Positions 54,465 through 64,000 of a stretch of 64,000 nt of DNA are shown here, piece by piece. Under the pieces are notes generated by a model. The model was given only the letters and a program-made list of their open reading frames with translations, was not told where the DNA came from and did no database searches. Position 1 is the stretch's first letter. Every line of letters begins with the position of its first letter. Source of the stretch: Neoechinorhynchus agilis (Eukaryota > Animalia > Acanthocephala); NCBI GenBank assembly GCA_051530055.1, contig CM121342.1, positions 11,919,480 through 11,983,479 of the forward strand, in the 5' to 3' direction. Both the position numbers and the translations under genes were made by a program.

Positions 54465-55103
54465 ATGGCGTTCGTTCGATTACTTCTCGCGCTCTTCGTT
54501 ACATTGAGAACGTTTTCTGCGATGGAAATGGTTAAGTTAATGCAGACTGGCAATGAACCAAACGCAACAATTATTGAAGAGAGAGGCTGCGGATGTATGG
54601 ACTGTCAGGAACTTCTTTCTTGTTCTGCCCCAAAAACAATCCAAGCGACAACATGTCAACCACATTGTCCACTAATATGTTCAGCAAACTGCCCACCAAC
54701 CTGCCAACCATACTACCCACCAACGTGTCCACCAACTTACCCACCAACGTGCCCGCCACATTGTCTACCAATCTGTCCACCAACCTGCCAACCATACTGC
54801 CCACCAACCTGCCCAGCAACCTGCCCACCAACGTGCCCTCCACATTGTCTACCAATATGCCGAGCAACCTGCCCACCAACGTGTCCACCAACTTACCCAC
54901 CAACGTGCCCGCCACATTGTCTACCAATCTGTCCACCAATCTGCCAAGCAACCTGCCCACTAACGTGCCCACCAAACTGTCAACCAACTTGCCAACCACA
55001 CTGCCCGCCAACGTGCCGACCAAGCCGCCGACCAACCTGCAACATTCCGGCACTTTGCATCGACCAGAATGTTTGCCCACCAAAGTATATTGGTTGCTGC
55101 TAG
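54465..55103 (+). CDS. Secreted Cys/Pro-rich repeat protein (CXXX periodicity)
   Basis: Signal-peptide-like MAFVRLLLALFVTLRTFSA; about 30 CPPT-type tetrapeptides from a 12-bp repeat; ends in CC. Confidence 0.7.
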   Translation: MAFVRLLLALFVTLRTFSAMEMVKLMQTGNEPNATIIEERGCGCMDCQELLSCSAPKTIQATTCQPHCPLICSANCPPTCQPYYPPTCPPTYPPTCPPHCLPICPPTCQPYCPPTCPATCPPTCPPHCLPICRATCPPTCPPTYPPTCPPHCLPICPPICQATCPLTCPPNCQPTCQPHCPPTCRPSRRPTCNIPALCIDQNVCPPKYIGCC

Positions 55104-55234
55104 AAATGGTAAATTGTTTATCCATTTCATAGAACAATTAGATAGATGGCATTATAGTAGAATGCCACACTTAGATGTTAGAGCTTAATAAATATTCCAT
55201 TTAGTTCTTTTATTGTCTGAACTTCGTGGTTTAA

Positions 55235-55850
55235 TCAATTTTTAAAAGCCTCGGTTGGAACGGAGAAGTATCTTATAAAAACAGCGCCATTTTTCCAACT
55301 TTGGTTAAAAATTCTGCGGTGCTGTTCCGATGGCGCCAATTGTCTCAATGGCGAAATGTTGGAAAATGAAGAGCGACGTATCGGCGATTTTGCCTGGCCA
55401 TTGTTTTTGAGTGATCGATGCCGTAGGTTCAAGTTTTGTCCGTCTTAACATCGAACTTGCATGTCGTCGGGATTGAGCAAGCTACGAATAAGCGTAATGC
55501 CGAACGATCATCCATTTTAGTAACAATCGACGAGCTTGACGAAGCGTAAAGGAAACTACGGGACCCTTTAGTTGCAGCCACGAATAGGCGTGCTCGTTCT
55601 TTGTGGTCGACACAAGAATCAATGAGGTTTCGAAATTGCTTCTGAAACCCAGAGTCTGATCAACGTTTTTGTATTGATGTATCCGTTAAGATAAACATTT
55701 CGAGTTCTTTACTACTTTTTCTCTTGCGATTCTGTAAGATTTATCGTTAATTCCCGGTCCTGGGATTGATATTTCTGTCGCGCGTGTCAGAAACTTTAAC
55801 CATCAAGATTCCGGTCATTATGCGACGGATATCTTGGTCGAATGTGGCAA
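55235..55850 (-). mobile_element. Decayed CRE-like fragments
   Basis: FIFQHFAIETIGAIG motif; shares blocks with 10440-10640 and 46590-46900. Confidence 0.55.
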
Positions 55851-57059
55851 GGGTTTCATAATGTATTGCTGAACCGCCTTTCGTATTGTCCAGGTTATGC
55901 AGATGCCTTCTTAGGTTCGATTAAATTTCATTATCAACAAATTTCATCCCTATACATTTGGGTTTGTGATTCTCAGTACTGTCATTATTCTTTTCGCGTG
56001 TCTATTTGCGATTTTCTTGGCTTCGTGGAAAGCTCTTCTTATCGCCGACTAGGGATAGAAAATAGTTTTTAGCGTTAAGGCGATCTATACAAGTTCAAGG
56101 AATATCCTAAAACATTATTGTGAAGAACTGCGGTTACCTCTTCCTTTCTCTGTGGGCATCATTAGGCTGTGATCGGTTTAAAATAAAAGATATCAATCTT
56201 TATTGCATCACCTTTATACTGCACACATCAAAGAGTTTTTTAAAAGGCAAACACGCTGAACAGTACGTGATGATATAGGTTCTTAAGTAAATAATTAGGT
56301 AAAAACCTTGTTTAGATCCGTTTATATTGTTTCTTATACAGAAGCAACGCTCTAGAGGGCTACTGTCACTTTATGCTCCATTTATTATTGTTATAAAACG
56401 CCACATACACACCGTTTACCATTAATTAATAATCACCGTCAGCTATCGTTTAAAGGATATAATAAACATGGCAAAAAGTTGGTCAGGCAGAAAGAGTGAT
56501 ACTAAGTTTAGAGTACCCCGAAACAAAAACCGTCCATTATCTGGCTTGTGGCTAATATCCATAAAAATCCTACCATTTCGGCTTCATGACGGGCGCTTAA
56601 TCATTCGCTGTTGATGAAATAGTTGCATATACAGTTGATTTCACAATTTTATCACGGTTTTGTTCCTGGCGGATAAATTAATTCGTTACCTGCCAGTTTT
56701 TTCGACATGCAGACGTTTGTTAACATAACCTTCAGAATATCGGAGAAGAGTATGTTTACAACATAATGGAACTCACGAAGTTACTCAAGAAAACCACCCA
56801 AAGAAGAACATTACTATTTTAAACAAAATCCTATTTTATGGAGGGTCGCTTACTATGTTTATACTGGCCATTGTACACCTGCCAAAAAGGCCCAGGAAAA
56901 GATAAAAGAATGCAGCCAAACTTACTGAAATAACAAAGAAACTGCTTCAAGAACTGGATCAAATAATGATGTGTGAAATTTTGGCCATTCATCGAACTAA
57001 AACGATCACCGTTCCAATTATTAAGTCTACAGGAGCCAGTGCTAGACTACTAGGCCTGG

Positions 57060-57590
57060 TGCTGTATTTTGTATAATTGAATTTTCGTTGTACAATAATA
57101 AAGTACAAAACGTGCAATTACTACCGTCCGCAAAATTGGAGCTTCTCTCCTTCCTCGGCTGTCGCTATGACGCTAACAGCATTGCCTCGTTGTACTGCAA
57201 GCGAGATATTTTGTCGCAGGAATACATCTGCTCGTGCGTCGCCGGTCGTTTCTCTCCATTTCTTCGAGAGATCCTGGAGCAGAGTGAGTGCCGAGCTACC
57301 AAGCGCTCCATACGTCTCTACTTCGACGGGGACAAAATAGCGGCCCGTTGCTAAATCCCTATATTTTCGTACCTTCCTCACTTCCGCTGCACCGGCTGCA
57401 CCTCCTGCGATTTCGAAAAAGTAGGGATGTTGCATATTGCGAGGGTGTCCACACACGTGGCGTCCCAGAGAAGGCATTTGCCCCCCCCGCCACGGAAAGA
57501 CCGAAATTCCGTCAGGTCGACAACCGTCTAGTCGACAAAGATGGGCGGGTTCCAAGATGTTGGGGAAGTTCGCCAATCAATTTCCCAAGT
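57060..57590 (-). mobile_element. CRE-like 3-prime fragment, same family as 15740-17790
   Basis: ANFPNILEPAHLCRLDG.RPDG...ETYGALGSSAL...QRGNAVSV. Confidence 0.85.
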
Positions 57591-57929
57591 TCGAGAAGAA
57601 AAACGATTATAAATACTTCGCTAGGATCATGTTGGAGAAATTTTTAGGCACTCGCAAACAGATGCCATCACATGGAATTTCAATTATGCAAACCAATTCC
57701 AATTTTCAAAACGCTTACGGCAGGAATCTTCGGCTTCTTTTGCAGAGGTATACCGTCTGAAATGAGAAAAACATTTTTCTGAAGGATTCATAACAAAATG
57801 TGTTAAAACTGCAAGCAAATATTTTCCCATGATAAAGGATTCACTGAAATCTTTCCTTTGGGGAGTTTATCACGAATCGTTATATACGAAGTGCTGATAT
57901 GGAAAATGGGAAATGAAAGGAAAACAGCT

Positions 57930-58258
57930 GAACTTAATAGAATCAATATGCAGGATTCGCATTATAGACATAACGACTAACCAAACGGCAGTTAGGGGAT
58001 GTGGAACAACAGACGCAATGCATGCTGCCTGAATGCTCTGCGAAAAGTATCGCGAGAAAAAGAAAGACCTATTTATCGCGTTCCTTGACTTAGAAAAGGC
58101 ATTCGATCGCATCCCCAGCAAGCTTATGTGGTACGCACTGCGACAACACAGAGTATCTGAAATACTTGTGAAGTAAGTCAAATTTTACTATGAGTCAAGA
58201 AGCAGTGTTAGATGTTCAGCAGGAATCTCAGCGCCTTTCGATATATCAGTAGGTGTCT
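57930..58258 (+). mobile_element. RTE-clade RT fragment
   Basis: GCGTTDAMHA...FIAFLDLEKAFDRIP. Confidence 0.7.
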
Positions 58259-58309
58259 GTGATGGGCGTCATGTATCGATCGGCGTGCAATTAAAATATA
58301 CACATTAAA

Positions 58310-60094
58310 GCGTTACGCGAGTAAAGCCGAGAAGAACTATGCGACAATAGATAAAGAGGCAGTAGCCGTTATTTTTGCACTAAAAAGGTTCCACATGTAT
58401 CTATTCGGTACACAATTCCGATTGGAAACTGATCACAAATCACTTGAATACATTTTTGGTAACAAACGAGAGTTATTTAAGATAACGAGTCAGAGGCTGG
58501 TACGATGGGCTACGATATTGAGTCAGTATGAATATACGATTCAAGCGATCAAAAGGGTAAATAATGTGATTGCCGATTGTTTATCGAGACTGGCCGCCAA
58601 AGATGATGCCGAAAAATTAGCGAGGAGCGATCCTGAAATAGATATGATAAAGGAAATAAAGATCGATAGAATCGAGTTATCCGAAACAGTAATTCGAGAG
58701 GAAACGAGCAAAGACCAGCTTTTAAAGCGGATCAGACGATATATTCGATACGGCTGGCCTAAATTAGTGAAATCTGAAGATGCAACCATGTTGAGGGGAA
58801 GAGAGGAGATCAGCGATTCTAAAGGTATCCTAATGTTACTCGACCGAATGGTCATACCTGCAAAGTTAAGAAAAAACGTCCTGAATATACTTCACGAAGG
58901 TCATCCAGGTCGCGACGCAATGGTCGCGTTGGCAAGACATTATGTATACTGGCTAAATATAGACGCTGATGTTAAAACAAAAGTAAGTCTTTGCGACGCT
59001 TGTCAGCGAGGTCGACAAAATAATCAAGAATTACCTGTAATAATGTGGGACTGGCCTGGTAAGCCGTGGCATCGATTGCACATAGACTTAGCTGGACCAG
59101 TTCGAGAAAACAGTTTCCTAGTGTGTGTCGATGCTTGCACAAAATGGCCAGAGGTGTGGAAGATGGAAAAAGAAACGACGACCAGGAGCGTTCTAGTGAA
59201 ACTCGAGGAGTGTTTTGCACGATTTGAAGTGCCACATTCGATCGTCTCTGACAACGGACCGCAATTTATATCAAATGAGTTCCAAAACTTCTGCAGAAAG
59301 CATCAAATCAAGCACATAAGATCGAGTCCCTACCATCCCCGCACAAACGGATTGGCCGAAAGGTTCATTGGAACATTAAAAAGAAGAATCGAAGGTTTGA
59401 AAACAAATTGGAGCACTGTACTGGAGTTTTTGCAGGCATATCGAAATACACCTTATGTGTCGACTGGAGCCGAACCAGCGAAAATGATGACAGGTAGACG
59501 ATTACGAACGATGCTCGACAATGTTAAACCGTATATGCAAGGTCGAATGGAAGATCGAAACAAGAAACAAGAACAAGATTCGTGGGAGAATAGAAGAATG
59601 CGGTTTTTCGGAGAAAGTGAACCGATATGGTACAAGAGAAATAAAGAATATAATTGGATGAAGGGAAGAATAAATAAAATGAATAGCCCGGTGTCTTATA
59701 CAATAACCGGAGACCACGGAGGAGAGCGACGATGTCATGGTGACTATATCCGAAAACGAGAAATCTAAATGAGCAAGGTGGAGCAAGAACCAGATAAGTG
59801 CGACAAGACACGAGAAATCGATGAATTCAAGGTCAAAGAAGAACCAAGGATTATAAGCGAGGAACAAAACGAACCGGAACCAACGGAATTGAGACGCGGG
59901 ACACGAATACGAAGACAAACCATTAGACCTTATGATCAGTACTTGGGTCGCAGAGTGGAAGGAGATGTGGTAGGACGTCAGCGATACGCATAGTACGATC
60001 GATAGTGTGTAGTGCATGTACGTTTGAACATTGTGGTTTGGCAGTTAGAATAAAACATAGAGTTAGTATAAGCATGCCGGCATCACTTACAACA
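58310..60094 (+). mobile_element. Ty3/Gypsy LTR retrotransposon 3-prime part (RNase H end, integrase, PPT, 3-prime LTR)
   Basis: AEKNYATIDKEA, HHCC zinc finger, HIDLAGP, SDNGPQF, PYHPRTNGLAER; purine tract agagtggaaggaga then a TG...CA LTR at 59966-60094 containing aataaa. Confidence 0.9.
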
Positions 60095-62290
60095 TGCAAA
60101 AAAGAGAGAAGTGGATGTATTAAACAAAAGAATGTTCAGAGACGATAGTTTATAACGTCTGTTTAAAAGCAAATTCTTAGAAAAGTCCCAAATGAGGGTG
60201 TCATGCCCTGAAATAAGAAATAAGGCAGATTGGGATATAACTGTTGGCTTCAAGACAGACAACTTATTTGCCAGACAAAGATCCAGCGAGGAGCTGCGAT
60301 TAGACGCGGAAAACGTGGGATATGGAGCGGCCAGAATCACATGTGAATCGTTGACGTGAACAACGGCTCGAATCCATTTACCTGATGGATCGCTGAAGTC
60401 TCCGAACTATAAATCGATACCGGATGAAAGCAGGTCCTTCAGGATCGCCTTGTTATGAGGTAAATGAACCTTGTTAGGGCGTGTGTAGAAATTACCAAGT
60501 AGAGCGACTCTTCCTTGAACATGGATAAAGAAAATTGCGTAGGAGAGATCAAGAGAGATGAAGCTGGAGACGAGGGAGGACAAAAGATGAAGTTTGAAAA
60601 TGGAGAGGATACCCTGGGAGTTCGGGCTGGCAGGAGGGGTAATGACGATAGAAGAGACAAACGTCAGGGACTTGAAGCCGACCGGTAGGTCTTCACGAGT
60701 ATAGACGCTTTTAGTCTCCTGAATTAAGACTATCTCATACTTAAGTGCCTTGGCCAAGATTTTAGGAATTCCCAGGCGACCACCAGAGTTCCATTGCACT
60801 AACCTTAGTTCGGTCATAAACCGATTCTCGCCTTTTTGATGTTGCCCGCTGAACCCTCAGAACAGATCTGTTTTTGATCCTAGATCACTTGACGAACGAA
60901 CACCTCGTTGATATGCACATCATCGTCAGTCGCGGAAAGATCGCTTGAACAAATCGGCGTACGAAGCTCGGTTGATACATTGTTTTAGAGACGCGGAGAG
61001 GGCTTCGAAGTGTCTCTCAAGCCGTTTCTCGAAGTTTTGAATCGCTGAAGAGATGCGCAAATCAACCATTTTCAGGATGTTGGCTGAAAAAGCGTTCAGA
61101 ACCTGGTCGAGGTGATGCGGGATGTTGAGTGCAGAATGAACGGATTCAATGGGTTGCGAAGTTGACTGACCCGTGAGGTCGGATCTGATCGAGCCGGACA
61201 TTGAGCACGTTGAAGCGGGCTGAGTGCAATAAAGGGGTTGCCGTTGAAGAGATTCTTTTGGCTTCCTGGATGGTTTCGATGCGGATTGGTTTTGAGCCCA
61301 TTTTACGTAATTCTTGAAAGCTGTACATGTTCAAAAAAATGCGCAATGCCCATCTTTGCCACAATTAGCGCATTTTTTAGATTTGCGCGTACAATTCGCG
61401 CTTGAATGCTATCCTGCACAGTATGCACAAATACATCGTTTTTACGGACATTGCTGAGCCCAATGTCTCGATTGCTGACACCCAGCACATAGAGGAAAGA
61501 TGTAGTTGTCCAGTTTCGAAATTTCGTTGGGGTGAAAAAAATTTCCATCCATTGGAAAAAGCATCTTTGGGTTAATAGCGCATCCCTTGTCCCGATGTCA
61601 GCCTTCACGACTGCCCTTGGAATCGGAAGTCTGTTGTTCCGAGACTTGATGAAAAACAGGACTTTACAGCCAAACTTTGTTTCAAAAGCTTTCTTATCGA
61701 CCTCTTCGATATCTGGAGATAGCCCAGACACTAGAAATGTTGAATCAAAAGAGTTGTTCGTAAAGGTAACATTAGGACTTTTAATCGATTCCAAATAGCA
61801 TTTGTGTTGATGTTTATAGATATCATTGGATAGGTATACCTTCAAATTGCCTGCAAAATATGTGACTTTCATGATTCTCTGCCAATCATCGTTGAAAGAA
61901 CGAAGCCATGGAACGAGATACATTTTATACAGTATATCCCGTGATTGAATCGAGTTCGAGTCAATCGAGATGGAGTGTGGCCATTTTTGTAATGGAGGGG
62001 ATATGTAGGTGGGATCCGTTGGGTTTTCAACTGATTTTGTTTCGAGAAGTTTGGGTTTAGGATTGAATTTATCACTATGATCCATGGAGTTTTTGTCATT
62101 GAGAAATAGCTTTATATCTCCGAGAATACTGTTTTGGACCTCCGGCGACATAGGAATTCTCAGAGAAGTGGGTGGCCATTTGCCACCCTCCGCTGCAGGG
62201 CCCAACGATAACAACGCATTGTCAATCGCTCGTCGCGATCGCAGCAATGAGGGCGTTTTTGTCGACATATCGATCGGCGCCATGAATATA
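60095..62290 (-). mobile_element. I/Jockey-group LINE: gag-like ORF1 and start of APE ORF2
   Basis: Three CCHC-like knuckles (CAGCQQSRHWAQQC; CAYCAG.HSSANC; CANCGKDGH) and VQWNSGG...VLIQETK endonuclease start. Confidence 0.75.
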
Positions 62291-62439
62291 TAAATGAAAA
62301 CGGCGGTCAATTTTCTAAACAAATTCATGCCAGAACTACAAGCTAAATGTAAGACGAAGAGCCTGGGAGTGGAATTCCGAGCACGAGCATTCCTTGCAAG
62401 AAGTGCGCTAATCCCTAACGGATGCTCAAGTCCTGAAGA

Positions 62440-62921
62440 CGTTCCAAATGGAGAAACAAACCGAGTTATTGTGCGACGCAAGCGATAAGGGTTATGGAGC
62501 GGCGTTAATACAGGTGCAGGCTGATGGGAATGCGTTGCCGGTTGCCTATGCTTCTAGAACTCTCAAGAGTCCAGAGAAGAATTACGCTCAAGTTGAAAAA
62601 GAGGGTTTTGTCATAATTTTCGCTGTGCGGAAATTCCACCAATACCTAATAAGCCGCAAATTTAAGCTTTACAGTGATCGTAAACCGTTGAAATACATTT
62701 ATGGAGCTAACCGGAACTTGGATAAGATGAGGAACCAGCGTTTAATCCGTTGGGGTGTCGAACTATCTCAATATAATTATGAGCATGAATTTGTTATAGG
62801 ACAAAACAATCGGATAGCTTATACACTCTCTCGACTCACATGTGCTCCTACCGACGACGAAGATCATGAAATCAACAGGATTCAGGATTACATGATGAGC
62901 GAGATGGAGCTGAGCTTGTAA
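62440..62921 (+). mobile_element. Gypsy RNase H fragment
   Basis: LCDASDKGYGAAL...VAYASRTLKSPEKNYAQVEKE. Confidence 0.85.
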
Positions 62922-63049
62922 AAGATGTGCGGCGCAACCGAATCGGATCCGGAACTGCGGAACCTCTACGTGCATCAAAGTGATCAACACCTCTACATGC
63001 ATCAAATCGATTATCGGGATCAAATTGATTATCCGCATATTTAAAAACT

Positions 63050-64000
63050 TACAAACAATGCGTCGAGTTTATTGCAAACACCTTCATGGCTGGTAAAAAG
63101 TCCCGTAACCCAGCCTCCAAGAGGATCACCTGCTCGTGCCAAGGGTGCCCGATAACAACCCTCATCGCCCCAACGCACATCCCAGAACCTTGCCCGTTCT
63201 TTATCTGTGGGTTCTGCTGCGCCAAGCTGCTGATCAAACTGGAACCAGATCGAATGCCTTTTGGAGTTGTCAACAGGGCACTTGCGACCACGATCGACGC
63301 TAACCTCGAAATATCACCTTCTACCATGCCTTTGAACATCACAGCTGAAGCCATCATACAGATTTCTCCCGATCTGATGCCCAACAACGGCTTATCACCA
63401 GAATCAATTCACCACCCCGACCTCTTTCCTCCCGTTTCACCCGTCACAACACATCCCACTCAACTGAGTACATCCCCAAACACAACCAAACAATTGTCAA
63501 GGATCCCTTACCAGCTCCCAGCAGCTCGTTAATTTCAAATCTAATTGATGACAAAGAGCGTGACCTGTTTCTGTACAAGGTCAACCAACTACCTTGTGAC
63601 AACCCAAACATGCCAACGACACCCGGAAATGATAAATCGTCTCTGGACCCTAGAACTAACTCAATCCCGATTCTCAAACCTTCGGTTCAGACTCATATTA
63701 CCTCCCTCACATCCACCCTCCGCGCAGCTCCATCTTATTCCGCTCGTCGACTTCCCTCTTTTCAAGACTACGCTCGCCTCTCAATCACGTCTACCAATCA
63801 GCCTCCCTCTCAGCATAGGTTACCGGAAATAACACCACCCTCACCGAAATCTTCTCGCGTACCAACACATCCGGCCTTCTCCCTAGCCACGCCCAACAAA
63901 AACATAAGAAATATGATCCATCCTCCTATCTCTTCATCTCCGGTATTCTTGAAGTTCCTGAATGTCCACTTTCTAGCCGTTTCAATGCGTTGAAACACAA
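63050..64000 (+). mobile_element. CR1/L2-like LINE ORF1 region, degenerate
   Basis: Cys-rich PHD-like segment CSCQGC...FICGFC, then a long S/P/T-rich tract. Confidence 0.45.

Noticed and set aside
54571-55137. Alternative-frame ORFs over the Cys-rich gene
   Set aside because: Shadow frames of a 12-bp repeat; only the 54465 frame has a signal peptide and a Cys-containing unique region.

Overview
Animal genomic DNA, gene-dense and rich in decayed retroelements. A MIG-2/Mtl-type GTPase hints at a protostome (inference). Protein genes: KCTD10-like, MRE11, an ATR N-terminal half, a Rab, a secreted protein, APEX1, a Rac/Mtl GTPase, two Emi1-like paralogs, SETD1, DHX15, RPS15, kanadaptin and a CPPT-repeat Cys-rich protein. 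Repeats: CRE-like, RTE, CR1/L2/Jockey-like, Penelope-like and Gypsy remnants, a tRNA-derived SINE, a 236-bp satellite and a 15-bp minisatellite. Main result: alongside about 13 ordinary short GT-AG introns, nine interruptions in seven genes lack GT-AG ends (46-1166 nt; one has an in-frame GT-AG alternative). Each is flanked by a TA direct repeat and has an imperfect inverted repeat, usually starting about 2 nt inside each TA, and their sequences are unrelated. Removing the insert and keeping one TA restores the reading frame each time and rebuilds conserved motifs (MRE11 HQNR, Rac CPNTPIIL, DHX15 [29 protein letters not shown]1 AILSKLKPL). This points to a structure-defined non-canonical intron class, or to IES-like DNA excision. 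All analysis was by eye, so element boundaries for decayed repeats are approximate.
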